In this document: one piece after another, positions 23,300 through 36,800 of the stretch
How the letters are laid out: every line of letters starts with the position of its first letter
Position numbering within the stretch: the stretch's first letter is position 1
From: Eledone cirrhosa
Lineage: Eukaryota
Length of the DNA: 64,000 nt
Direction: 5' to 3'
NCBI GenBank assembly: GCA_964016885.1
Contig: OZ024740.1
Location: forward strand, 356,500,001 to 356,564,000
Notes under the pieces: model-generated
The model's input: only the letters and a program-made list of their open reading frames with translations
Told to the model about the DNA's origin: nothing
Database searches by the model: none
Translations under genes and position numbers: made by a program

Positions 23300-26200
23300 A
23301 AAAACAACAAAAAGAAAACCCCGTGACCAAGAAATACCGGGATGGCGGCCGGCGAGGAATAGCCATGTCTCTAGGGGAGAACGACCCCTCTAGTCTTGGT
23401 TGACACTCGTTCTAGAAGTGGTAACACGAAATGATTACCCCTTGGCGGATAAGGATAAAACGCGACAAAATAAAGTAAATGTCTAATGATAAAATCTCAT
23501 ACAGGATCGGCCGTCACCCGGGTAAAAAAGGGCCGCGTCCCTCAGAGAGGAACCAGACTGGGGTCGAAAAATCAGCTAATGGTTCAAACCTTCCCATCAC
23601 TTCGGAGCTGGAGACCTGCCATAATCGGAATACTCCTACTGTTGGCCCTCCATGCTCACCACCAAGAAATCCAAAGAAAAAGAGAGAAAATGGTCAAGGG
23701 AAGATAATAAAGAAGTCCTTGAGGCTTTCTACACTGCCATGTACTACCCATCAAATACATCGAATACAGAACAAACATATATCAACTGGAAAAAGAAACA
23801 TCCCGAAAACAGAGGCTATATTGACAGTAACAAACTAGCCAATATACGAAGAAATATTGTAAGAAAAAAGTTACTAACTGATATAGAAATTGATCAGATC
23901 AAGCTAGTAGCACAAAGTCAGCGAAGGGAAAATGAAGCATGTGTCAGTGAAAACGAGGTAAACTGTAACACTTCGAATCCCAGGGTTAGGGCGGAATCAC
24001 TGGCAACAGAACAAATTAAAGAAAGGAGCGAAAAAGTGGAGGGAGTGCATGCTCAGGATGAAACTCCAAATGAAAATAATGAGATCGTAAATGATAAAGA
24101 AATGAATGAGAATGAACTTGCCAACTTGAAGGATCAAATTATGATCGAATGGATGAAAATGAAAGAATCTGACATGGGGCAACGAGACACCCTCCCTAAG
24201 ATCCAGAACTCCAAACAGAACCAAAAGATAATACACAAGACTAACATAATTCTCAAAAACATTATCATCACAAACAAACTAAACATTACTGACTTAAATC
24301 ATCTCTATTATGCATCGGCTAAAGTCACCACTCACTTATGTGGAGTGAAGATGAAAAAACAAAGGAATTCCCACAAGAAATCTACTTGGCAAGAGAACAT
24401 CAATCGCCAAATAAACCTTCTCTGATCTGACATAGAAATTTTAACAAACTATAAAGTAGGTGAACATGTTAAACAAACTAAACTTAGAAAATTGAAAAAA
24501 AAGTACAGTATAAGATCAACATGTGACATAGACATGCTGATAGAAACAATCAAGCAAAAAGTGTCGGCCAAAGCTGCTCGTATAAGGCGCTTTGAAAAAC
24601 GATCTAGATTCTATAAGGACAATAATATGTTCAAAAACAACCAAAGAAACTTCTACAGAAAAATTGGTAAGTCAACAATAACTGCTAAATCAATACCACC
24701 CAAGGAGGAAGTGCAAGAATTCTGGGAAAAGATCTGGGCCGAAGAAAAAGTTCATGACATACATGCCCCATGGATAGACAGACAAATGAAAGAAACAGCT
24801 CACCTTGAAGAACAAACATGGGAAAATATAACAGTTGAACAGCTGCGCTTGGCTCTAAGAAAAACCAGCAAATGGAAATCCCCAGGAAAAGACAAAATAC
24901 AAAACTTTTGGATAAATGCCTTCACAGAGTCTCATGAGCTGTTAGCCCAACTTTACAATGAAATAGTTAAGGAGCCAGAAAAGATACCATCATGGCTAGT
25001 TAACGGCATTACATTCCTGCTACCGAAGAATGATGAGACAAACAATCACAAAAATTACAGACCGATAACCTGCTTGACCACAATGTATAAAATTTTAACA
25101 TCAGTCCTAACTGAATACACATATGACCACCTGATAACAAATGACCTATTTCCCATTGAGCAGAAAGGGTGTAAACGAGGCTCATATGGCTGTAAGGATC
25201 AGCTTCTGGTTAACAAAATGATACTGGAAGATTGTCATAATAGACACAAAAATCTATCGATTGCTTGGATAAATTATAAAAAAGCATTCGATAGTTTGCC
25301 ACAGAGTTGGATTGAAAAATGTTTAGAGATTTTCAAAATATCCCCCGTTGTCAGGAGGTTTTTGTCATTCAGTATGAGGACATGGAGAACGACACTCCTT
25401 TTGAATAGTGAAACAAAATCACTGGAAGCTGAAGTTAATATTAATTGTGGAATTTTTCAGGGTGACTCTTTATCACCGCTTTTATTCTGCATGGCACTTA
25501 TACCATTAAGTAAAATGCTCAATGAAACAAAACATGGATATAGAGTCTATGACAAAACCATTAATCACTTGTTCTACATGGATGACCTGAAACTATTTAA
25601 AGATTCTTAATCATGCACAGAATGCATCACCCTAAGGCAGACATAGATAGAATATATCTCCCTAGGAAAGAAGGAGGACGTGGGTTAATCCAGTTAGACA
25701 TTGCGTTGAAAACTGCAACAATTGGATTATCCACATATCTAAGGGAATCACATGATTGGATGATCAAACTCGTTTTGAAACACGAAAGCACCAAAAGATC
25801 ATATTCCATCACAAAAGATGCACAAAGATACAGTAATGGACTACAAATTTCAGAAGTCCCATTTACTGCTGAAATGGAAAACACAGAAAAAGCAAAGCAG
25901 GTAAAAGTAACTGCAAAGAAAGAACTGCTACAGAAACTGGCTAAGAAATGGCAAGAAAAGCCTCTGTATGGAAAATACCCAGAGCGAGCTAACAATCCTG
26001 ATGTTGACAAAACTTTAACCCATCAGTGGTTGGCATCCTCTGGACTGAAATCGGAGACTGAAGGACTGATTATATCGGCACAAGATCAGTGTCTGCCAAC
26101 AAAAAATTACCAAGCCAACATAATAAAAAATGGGTGCAGCCCATTATGCCGTGTATGCAAAAAACAACCAGAGATCATTGACCATATAATTTCAATGTGC

Positions 26201-26853
26201 AGTCCTATAGCTCCAACCGAATACCTAAACAGGCATGACAGAGCTGCACAATACATACATTGGATAATGTGTAAGCATTTTGACCTGCCCCATCAAAAGA
26301 ATTGGTGGGAGCATCAACCACCTCCCATACTTGAAAAAGATCACATCTCAATCTTGTGGAACTTTAGCATCCAAACAGACCGAAAAATAGATGCAAATAG
26401 ACCTGATATAATATTGAAGGACTTTCAAAGGAGGGTATGCCTGCTAATTGATATGTCTGTTCCAATAGACAAGAATGTATCTATAAAAACATTTGAAAAA
26501 TTGAGCAAGTATAAGGACCTGGAGATAGAAATTGGAAAAATGTGGAAATTGAGAACTAAAACAATACCAGCGGTTGTAGGCGCTCTGGGAATGATACCTA
26601 AGGGGTCTAACGACTACTTATCGCAAATCCCAGGAAACCCGCGTATAGGAGAAATACAAAAGATAGTACTAATGGGAACTGCCCATATACTAAGGAAGAT
26701 TCTGTCAATATAAGTACATCACAAGTCTAAACACTAAAGATGCATGTGTGAATATGTATGTTCTTTCTTGAACATGGCGGACCTTGTTGTCTCTTGAGGT
26801 CACTGGTTGTGACTTGGTGATAACTCGTATAAACATAAAGCAAGATAAATTCA

Positions 26854-26887
<34 letters not shown>
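23300..26887 (+). mobile_element. R4/Dong-like RLE retrotransposon, family B, internally deleted (5' end approximate)
   Basis: ORF pieces 23479-26713 with WSREDN..FY, KWKSPGKD, YRPITCL, QGDSLSP, FYMDD, CRVC..H..C, RHD and RPDIILKD..LIDMSVP. Frameshift near 23670, TGA at 24423, deletion near 25600, (TAA)n tail at 26854-26887. Confidence 0.88.
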
Positions 26888-28303
26888 GTTGTCAGAATTT
26901 TTTGTCATTCAGTATGAAGACATGGATAACGACACACCTTTTGAATAGTGAAACAAAATCACTGGAAGCTGGAGAAGTTAATATTAAGTGTGGAATTTTT
27001 CAGGGTGACTCTTTATCACCGCTTTTATTCTGCATCGCACTTATACCATTAAGTAAAATGCTCAATGAAACAAAACATGGATATAAAGTCTATGACAAAA
27101 CCATTAATCACTTGTTCTACATGGATGACCTGAAACTATTTGCAAAAAATGATGAACAATTGCAAGGGCTATTATCCACTGTGAAGCAGTTCAGTGATGA
27201 CATTAAAATGGAGTTTGGACTAGATAAATGCGCCAAAGCAACGTTCACCAGAGGAAAGCTGCTGAAGAGTTCAGACATTAATCTTGATCGGGGGAACGTG
27301 ATAAGAGAACTTGATCAAGAAAAAATTTACAAATATCTAGGTGTTTGTGAAGGAGACGGAATCAAGCACTCGACAATGAGGGAAAGGATAAGGAAGGAAT
27401 GTTACCGCAGAGTGAGAGCAATCTTAAAAACGGAATTGAATGCAAGGAATAGGATCGATGCCATAAACACGCTTGCCATACCAGTAGTAACCTACAGTTA
27501 CAATGTCATCAACTGGTCAAGCACAGAGGTCCGTAGGCTCGATACAAAAATTCGAAAATTCTTAACCATTCACAGAATGCATCACCCTAAAGCAGATATA
27601 GATAGAATATATCTCCCTAGGAAAGAAGGAGGACGTGTGTTAATCCAGTTAGATATTGCGTTGAAAACTGCAAAAATTGGATTATCTACATATCTAAGGG
27701 AATCACATGATTGGATGATCAAACTCGTTTTGAACCACGAAAGCATCAAAAGATTATACTCCATTACAAAAGATGCACAAAGATACAGTAATGGACTACA
27801 AATTTCAGAAGTCCCATTTACTGCTGAAATGGAAAACACAAAAAAAGCAAAGCAGGTAAAAGTAACTGCAAAGAAAGAACTGCTACAGAAACTGGCTAAG
27901 AAATGGCAAGAAAAGCCTCTGTATGGAAAATACCCAGAAAGAGCTAACAATCCTGATGTTGACAAAACTTTAACCCATCAGTGGTTGGCATCCTCTGGAC
28001 TGAAATCGGAGACTGAAGGACTGATTATATCAGCACAAGATCAGTGTCTGCCAACAAAAAATTACCAAGCCAACATAATAAAAAATGGATGCAGTCCATT
28101 ATGCCGTGTATGTAAAAAACAACCAGAGACCATTGATCAGATAATTTCAATGTGCAGTCCTATAGCTCCAACCGAATACCTAAACAGGCATGACAGAGCT
28201 GCACAATACATACATTGGATAATGTGTAAGCATTTTGACACCTCCCATACTTGAAAAAGATCACGTCTCAATCTTGTGGAACTTTAACATCCAAACAGAC
28301 CGA
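26888..28303 (+). mobile_element. 5'- and 3'-truncated copy of Dong-like B (RT core to CCHC)
   Basis: ORF 26902-28254 with QGDSLSP, YMDD, YKYLG and RHD. It begins directly after the TAA tail of the first copy. Confidence 0.88.
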
Positions 28304-28304
28304 G

Positions 28305-28755
28305 GCTGACATCAAGAAAAACATTACAGACAGTACAGGACGGTACAGGACGGTACGATGTGGGTTTTGTGCATGTAAAGTTTTTTATTATTTATATAAG
28401 AAAAGAAAAAATAAAGACATAGAAACATATATATATATCTAAACAATAAAAATGAAAATTGAAACAATGAAAAATTCCCCAATAGGGGGGAAACCTCCGA
28501 GGGTTACTCGTGGCGAAAACCACACAAAAGACCACGTCCACCCTGACCACCAGGGCAAGCGCCCTCTCACAATTTTTCAATTTCTCAAACTACAGGCGTA
28601 TATTCACAGCGGTCCCGTTCACTCGGACCATTCTCGCTACATTCACCCACCTTTCAACAAAGTTGCTAGAAGGCAGCACTTGCCTCTCCACCCTGATTTT
28701 CCTCTTCAAGTGAAACTTGAAAAAGTTAATTAGGGATTCGCCGAAATGGAAAGGT
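28305..28755 (-). mobile_element. 3' fragment of a second Tx1 subfamily
   Basis: Homologous to 3800-4185 (end of ORF2 and 3' UTR, including aatgaaaaattccccaatagggggg) but clearly diverged. Confidence 0.8.
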
Positions 28756-28769
28756 AAAGGCCTTTTGGA

Positions 28770-29400
28770 TTTAAGCCCCGATCCTTACCGATACTGCCGA
28801 CATATAAGGGACAATGTAATAGATGGGGACAGTAGGGGTTTTACACAAAAATTGAGGAAAAATTAGGAAAAAAATAACAATAAACACGTAAAAATACAAC
28901 AATGAAAATTCCCCAATGGGGGGATAACCACCCACGGTTGACTCAGATACCTCACCAATCCTGAACCACCCGACGCTTTAGGGCACCTGGGAAGGGCACC
29001 TCTCTCCCCAACTTCACCAGCCTACAGGCGCTTTTCACACGGCCTTTCTCGCCACATTCACCCACATTTCAGCAAATGTACTGGGGGAGGGGGTTAGCAT
29101 TTCTCTCTCTAAGCTCAACTTCCTTTCCAAGTGGTTTTTCCATTTTATTCACGGTCCATTTTGTTCGTATCAACACAAGACAAATGGCTGAATCTGCTGT
29201 TTGGCGCCAAGCACCGACTCTATTTTGCATGGTGAGAAGAGACTTCGTTTTTCGGTGCCCCACCTCGGTGGATTCTGGTGCTGATTGTAGTAGGGTAATT
29301 TTGTTTATATCTGTTTCTGTTTTGGCCTTCCTCGGACAGGCAACGGCAGCCGCAGCCATGATATGCACCCCATCCCATCACTTGTAGTTCAAGGCATACT
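28770..29400 (-). mobile_element. 3' fragment of a third, more diverged Tx1 subfamily
   Basis: 3' UTR motif aatgaaaattccccaatgggggg at 28901-28923 and residual similarity to the ORF2 C-terminus (AICLV...). Confidence 0.6.
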
Positions 29401-31308
29401 GTTTATGCTGCCTCTGTAGCTACCTATGAATTATTTCTCTTTTGCCTCCTCTGACAGAAGGCAATCAAATAGATTTTCTGTCGTATAGCAACTGTACCTA
29501 CTCCTCAGTACCACCAATTTGATTCCGAAACTCGACATACGTTCTTGATGGGTTTGTAATTTAAAATTGATCATTATTACCAAGAGATAGGCGGTGATAA
29601 ATAGTTAAAACACCGGTTAAATTGTCTTCTGATAATTGTGCAGGCTCTCTGAGTTAAAATCTCTCCAATCTCAACCATCGCCCAGAAATCAATAACATAA
29701 CGTACCAATAAACTAGTAAAGATTATTTTACCGACTGATGTCTTTTGTCTATTTCAGAAACAATTAACTACAGGTTCATGCAGAAACCACCTTATTACAA
29801 GCTTCTTTGCATTATTTCTGTGCTCACTACATACCCTTATTGTGTCTGTGTATCTGTATATATAGCTCAGTTAAGCAAAATTCAAAGAATTACGTCAAAT
29901 GTCTATTTACTGCCGATGACGAATAAATATGTTTGTGATAAATGGACAGCGTAAATAAAGAGAAAATATAACTGAAATACTTCTTAATGGGATTCAACTA
30001 TAGATATATCGGTTAACGAAAAGGAAAAAATACAGTAATAGCGTTATCACATTCTATAAAGATCAAATAAAACGAAAGACACATCCAACCACCTCCACAG
30101 AGATGTCATTTCATTGACTATTTTCTATTATATTTTCCCATTATTTTTACCTTCATTATTATAACTTAATAGATAGTAAAATGTTCCTTTTTCATGTGTG
30201 TGTATGTGAATGTGTATATGTGCATAAGTGTGTGTATGTGAATGTGTATATGTGCATAAGTGTGTGAATGTGTGAATGTGTGCAAACATGAGCTTCAATA
30301 TCCTACAATAGCTATACAAGAGTTAATAGGTGTATTGAGGAGGTAATTACGAAAGGTTTAAAAAACAAATAATATCTTTTGAGCAAGTTGCTGTTCGAAA
30401 TAGTTTTATTTTTTCTTAGTTATTTTTTCTTTCATTATGTGGAGAACCTTAATATAGTTATGCAAATGTATTACAAAATATATTTGATAGTATATGTCTC
30501 CAGGGAAACTGAAACAATTTCAAACCCATAATGATGCCATATTTATTACATTGTATAAAATGAAATTCGTTTATAAGAAAAGAACTACTGGATTAAAAGA
30601 AACAGAGACAAAAACAAATAAGCAAAACGTTTCAATCTATTTTGAAGTGACAATTCATGTCAACAGGTGTTTATCGATAAGATTCTGACAGCGATAATAA
30701 AACATCAAACATTACCAACGATAAGATGTGAATATGGAAAGATGAGAACTGTGTCTGAGAGAAGTCGGAGTGAAAGAAATTGAACACAGATAACATAACA
30801 CCTGTAACAAGAATATCATATTTGTGTCGAGGAATAGGTCTTTCTAATACTATCACATCTCACTTACTCCTACTCTCACTCTATCTATCTATATATCTAT
30901 CTATAAGCCCTGTTGAGTAATGGTCTAACCAGTTTCAAACTGGATTCCATTCTGATTTATATATATATATATATTATATTATATTTTGAGAATAAACTCT
31001 CAGTCCTTTACAATAATTAAGCTCCAGGAAGGGTCTCTTCCGAGCAGTTAATACATTTAAAGTGTACGATAAACACGAAATGTGTTTACATGGGTTTCGA
31101 GGTTCAAATTCGTCTACAGAACAGGTTTGAATTTTGAAATTTAAATATGTCCAGGAATCATGGCTGTTGCCAATATAATATTGTCTTTATTGACTTATAT
31201 CGAGACAGACAAATTGTATTCACTTTTATTAGTTTATTTCATTAATAGCTAACTTTGTCTGTTGCAATGTAAACACATTTCGTGTTTATCGTACACTTTA
31301 AATGTATA

Positions 31309-31341
<33 letters not shown>

Positions 31342-31342
<1 letters not shown>

Positions 31343-33345
31343 GAAGTAGTTACACAACAGTTAGTTCACCATACCGAGAACAATTCTTTCACCTTCGTGG
31401 ATCTTCAGCTCGGGATGTGTATGTTCATAGGAACAGGAAGGACAACCGTACGAACGCGCATGCGCAGAAACTCGGTCACTTCACACAGGCAATACTAGAC
31501 TGCGTGCGGGAGGTGTAAGGGAGATAACTGCGAAAGTCCGGAAAGTTTTTAGGTTGAAAATAAAATTTTAAAAATTAAAAATAAAATTACAAAGAATCAG
31601 TCCGGAGCCTTGTAGTTATGCAATAGATGTTTGATGACGTGTGGACAATGTGTGAAAAATTCACTCCTCTTGTTTCGGCAATCACTATTGCGTAATCTCT
31701 TTAGGATAGCTATTCGTTCGTCGATACATAAGCCACACGTCGGATTTCCCCTGGCGTATGGCTTGGATTTCGTGATGGCTTTCCATTGAATGGAGTAGCC
31801 TATACTTGAGTCCTTGAGGGACCATACGTGGCTCGCGAGTTTCGTGGATGAACGTCTTTCCGGGTATCTGAAGATAGACTGGTGGTTCAGGAAACGCTCC
31901 TTGAATCGGCTCTCCGCCATGCCCACATAGGATTTGACCTCCTGTGGTTCGTTTGGTCGGTTGGAAGTGACCACAGCTTCATAGATTACAGCTGGTGTGT
32001 TGCATTGTTGTTGAAGGGGGCATTCTTCAGGTATACGGCAAGAGCACCCTGGTGGGGTGTTGCTCCTAGGGCTGCTGTTGATGTGGGCCTTCATGTTCAT
32101 AGCGCAGGAGTATCCTAGTTTAACTTTGTGTCGGTTAAAGATGGAGCAGTATTTATGACCTATGGGGAAGTGTCTATCTAAGAGAGCTAGAAATGTTTTC
32201 CTACATTGGTTTTAACGTTGAGTGAGAAGGGAGGAGAGAAGCAGATAGTTTGTCTATTGATGTGCTTACTTTTCTTAATGGTGTTGTTGCTAGTGGGAGA
32301 GTAGGTGATAGGTTGTGAGAAGCCGCTGTTAGCCAACGCCGTCTTATAGTAGGGTGCCGCCCTGTCAAAGATAGCCTTATTAGAGGAGAGGTTTGAGATT
32401 CTAGTACTGATATTCTTAACGAGGTTTCTAAAAACAGTGGGAGGGTGGCATGAGTCCTTGTGAATGTAATTAAGTTTCTCGTTTAGCTTATAGAAGGGTC
32501 TGTGGATGTGTGTGCGAAGGTACAAATTAATGTCTAAGAAAGCTACGCTAGAGAGGTTGGTGGCTACTGTTATCCTAAGGCCTAACTCATTGAAGGTAGA
32601 AGCTAAGTCTTTTTTAAACCTGTCGAGGTCGTGACCACTTTTATGGCTCGATAAAATCAGTCCATCGTCACGGTATATTCCCGTGTGGAAGTGCGGGAAT
32701 CTAACACGTAATATGTCTGAGATAAAAAGGCCAACCAAGTCACATACGTCAGCACTGTCAAACGATCCCATGGAGACGTCGAACAGGTCTGAAGATGTAG
32801 ACGTCTTTGCCCAGGCTACTCCGTCGTTGAAGAGGAGGGTTTTCCGGTAGTGAGCGATGATTTCCCTCTCTAAACCATCGACGGTGGTATAAGTGGTAGC
32901 GAAGTCCAGCGCTTTGTTTAACAGGGTCTCTCAGATCGACGGATAAAAATCGACAATGTCAAACTGTGTGAACTTCGCTTTTGGGGGGATTTTAAGGAGT
33001 TAAACCACTTAATTACGGAGTCGCTGTTCTCCCACTGGGGCAGGTTGGACTTGGTCCTAATGGTCTTAACTATGTTTCTAAGTATGGCCTTACTGACTAG
33101 TCCCATAGCTGTGCGTGCCGGGTTTATTAGTCTGCATGTGGGGTTAGAAGTAAAGTCTACCTTGTGATCTTTCAGGGTGAGGAATGCCTCCCGCTAAGCT
33201 AGAGATTGTAGCTTCGTATCTACCTTAAGGTCGGTGGCGAGTTCCTTGGCTTCTGTATAATGTCGTGGTAGGCCATAAGGTTAGCTTTCTTATATTTAGA
33301 AATAATAGCGTTAAGGGCTAGGTGGCGGAAAGTGGTGTTGTCGAC
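31342..33345 (-). mobile_element. Penelope-like element, Neptune-type, 5'-truncated and frameshifted
   Basis: RT motifs MGSFDSADVCDLVG and IYRDDG (32187-32771), Cys linker CSCRIPEECPLQQQC, and GIY-YIG motifs AVIYE..SYVG..RFKERF..H (31597-32100). Bounded by (TA)n. Confidence 0.88.
31374..31413 (-). ncRNA. Minimal hammerhead-like motif in the PLE 3' region
   Basis: ccgag-CTGAAGA-tccacgaaggt-GAAA-gaattgtt-ctcgg. Helix I is perfect. A homolog lies at 61901-61941. Confidence 0.65.
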
Positions 33346-33546
33346 ATATATATATATATGTATATATATATATATGTATATACATATATATGTGTGTGTG
33401 TGTGTGTGTGTATTAGGAATTAGTATTGGTGTTCTGAAATAGCGATGTGTACATATAGTATATTTGATAATATACTGTATGTTTATTTAAAAACATTTTG
33501 AACACCTTTCGCTATGAGTTTTAAAGTAGGGACTACGTCACTTACT

Positions 33547-33743
33547 TGGTCTCGGCAAAAGCAAAGAATGGCAATTGACGGCCGTTTCTTGATCGTTACC
33601 GGCTGTCAAGACTACATATCCTTACGCTTCTGCCGAGAGTTATAGAAGCTGGACGCCGATTGCTCCAAGAATATGTAGTTTTGACAACCGCTAAAGATCG
33701 ATAAACGGCCGTCGATTGCTTGCACTTGCTTTAGCCGAGACCA
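33547..33743. repeat. Imperfect inverted repeat with ~77-bp arms
   Basis: tggtctcggc..gacggccgttt..actacatat at 33547-33623 pairs with 33667-33743. Confidence 0.8.
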
Positions 33744-34078
33744 CGCGAATGACAACATTCATCCTTTCGTATTCGATTAATAAAGTTCCAGTCTTGTACT
33801 GGAGTCGATGATTCCCCCCCCCCTCTCTCCCTCTCTTATTCTCTAACTTTTTTTAACTCACTCTTTTATTCTCTGGGAAAATTGTCTATGGAGATAGAAG
33901 GGCTTCGTCAGTTTTAAATTGCCCCAAACACAACATGGGTCAGGGCTGTGCTCATACGGCTCCACTAGGAGTTAAGAGTAATTTTCTTTACCTGTATATA
34001 CGTACATATATATATATATAAACAGTTCTACTCCTGTAGAATCTCATCTATATTAAAACTATATATATATATATAAAT

Positions 34079-35112
34079 CATTACAAAATAGTGAATGACA
34101 TATATACACACATAAATATCTAATGATATAAATGTACAATGGAACATATAGAACTTTAACAAAAGACAAGCTGTCTGTATAGAATGTAAGAATACACAGT
34201 TCGTTACAGTATCACATTAAAATTAAACATAAATTTAAAACATAAATACCATATATATTTCCCTCATATGTATCCCTCAGAAATCATGAATATATTTCAC
34301 CAAATATCAGTGCAGTTAGATAATCGATCTATCTAAACTTACACCCGTTAACATACAGAACAGAAGACGACGAGAGAAACACGTCATATTATTAAAGAAC
34401 CAACGCACGCGGTCATTTCCTGCAATGACATGAAAGGGTTCACGCCAACTAGAAATAGCTGTCTACCATCTCAACATATTAACAGCTCAACCAAGTAAGA
34501 GCATAAAAATATTATATATATATTACATTCAAGTTATAGATGTCATGTTTGAGATAATCTCGAACATGTGTCTTGTCTCCAAAAAAAAGCTCTAAGAAAA
34601 AAATTCAATGAATAAATCGGAGCATTTAATCTTTACAAAATAGTGAATGATATATATACACTCATAAATATCTAATGATATAAATTCGTCGTCTCCAATT
34701 CTGTATGTTTAGATAGATTGATTCCTTCCTTGGAGATCCAGATCGATTATCTAACTGCACCGATAATTGGTGAAATGTATTCATGATTTGTGAAGGATAC
34801 ATATGAGGGAAATATATATGATTTTTATCTGGTATCTATATTTTAAATTTTTGTTAAATTTTAAAATGGTACTGTAACGAACTATGTATTCTTACATTCT
34901 ATACAGATTGTCTCTTGTTAAAGTTTTATATGTTCTATTGTACATTTATATCATTAGATATTTATGTATGTATATATGTCATTCACTATTTTGTAATGCT
35001 TAAATTCCCGGATTATTCTTTGAATTTTTTTCTTTGAGCTTATAATGGGAAACAAGACACATGTTCCCGATTATCTCAAAGATGAGATGTAGAACTTGGA
35101 ATGTAATAAATA
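34079..35112. repeat. Nested imperfect inverted repeats
   Basis: 34079-34330 pairs with 34740-34998, and 34515-34685 pairs with 34943-35112. Confidence 0.8.
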
Positions 35113-35295
35113 TATACACAAGCACAATAACAACAAACATATATAAACACACACTAGTAAACTAAGATAGAATACAATAACCAAAACACAGTCACCCAAA
35201 CACGTAGAAGACAAAATAAATAAATAAATAAATAAATAAATAAACAGATAAAATAAAAATGTGCTAGACAAACAATACAACAGGAGGAAACATAA

Positions 35296-35350
35296 TAGTA
35301 CCACTGATGATGTTGCAACGAAATGTGCAACGAAAGAACTTTGTTAGACT
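35296..35350 (+). ncRNA. Hammerhead-like motif, partly degenerate
   Basis: CTGATGA-t-gttgca..tgcaac-GAAA. Helices I and III are poorly paired. Confidence 0.5.
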
Positions 35351-36477
35351 ATATATATGTATTTATATCTGTATTTTTGACCGTTGGTCAGTCAATGATA
35401 AACATTGAGGACCAAATGAATTAACTGTGGAGATATAAAAGATACAGAAGCGAAAACCAGCCAAACAGTGAGTGTGTTCTGTTATTATTTCTGGCAATAT
35501 TATAGCACTATGACCCTCCCCAAGTATAACAATATATATATGTATGTATATTACCTCTCAAAAAAGATTATTGGAAATTCAGCTTTACTGCTGCTGAAAA
35601 AAAGATTGTTTTAAATATGTAACTACTATTTAATATATGCCAAATTCATTAGATGAGATGTAACCAGTTGATCAGTTGGCATTTGAAAATTCTTCAATGA
35701 ATACGCGAGTATCTGCCAGAATTTATTAATTCTGGTGTTCTGTTCAAAACTACCCAAGGCTGTAATAGTATTATGTACTTCTTCGTGTGACAAAGCTAAC
35801 ACAGTTTATATTCATTGATTTAAGGTTTCTACCATTCTATAATGGAGCAACTGATTCTAGAATTATTTATTTTTATAAAGCGTTAAACTCCGGATATATT
35901 TGAATATTCAGGTGATGTAGCGTCTTTCTGAACGTCGGAATGCATACATATATTACCGGAACCTTTAAAGAGATTTTGAATAACCTGATACAACATTTTT
36001 GTTACCCGCATCTTCACAAGAGGGGGTTTTGATAACTGAACTAATATTTTAGAAAGAAACAAGTCGATGCTTAATTATAATATAATAGTTTGTAACTAAT
36101 TTATGAAGTTTTGAAGGTTCTATATATAATGTATTCTACTTTTGAAGTCAATGTTTTCTAAATGTCTCCTCATTAAAAGATACGTTGTTTATGCACTTAC
36201 CACTACTATTAACTAAATTTCTAAGAATTATTGTTACACATAAAATCATTCTCCCAATTATTTCATTTAAAAAACAACGCAATAATCGCATTCTTTAGAT
36301 TGAAATTACTTTCTTGTTTCTCTTAGAAAATGATTAGGGTCATGACATTTATATACGTCGTTGGTTGTATTTCCTGGTCAGTTGAAATAAATAAATACAT
36401 TTTGTAGCATAGTTTAATTCTATGGAAATGTCAAAACTCTTTCTTTCTGCTTCATTTTCGTAATGAAAATGTAATTA

Positions 36478-36800
36478 ATAATTGTTTCTATTTTTGGCAC
36501 AAGACCAGTGGATTACTGGTACTTTATTTTATCGACCCACAAGGATGAAAGGCAAGGTTAACCGCGGCGGGATTTGAACTCAGATCATAAAGGGCCATAA
36601 CTCTTTGCTGCAAAGCATGGCGTCTGACCCTCTACCGATACTGCCTAATAATTGTTTCTACTTTTAACACAAGGCCAGCAATTACCCAGTACATTACTGG
36701 TACTTTATTTTATCGACCCCGTAAGGATGAAAGGCAAAGTTAACCATAACTCTTTGCTGCAAAGCATGGCGTCCAACCCTCTGCCGATACTGCCAATCCA
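36478..36800 (-). mobile_element. Two tandem SINE copies, the second internally deleted
   Basis: Reverse complement of the 3346 family, at 36478-36645 and 36648-36800. Confidence 0.85.
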
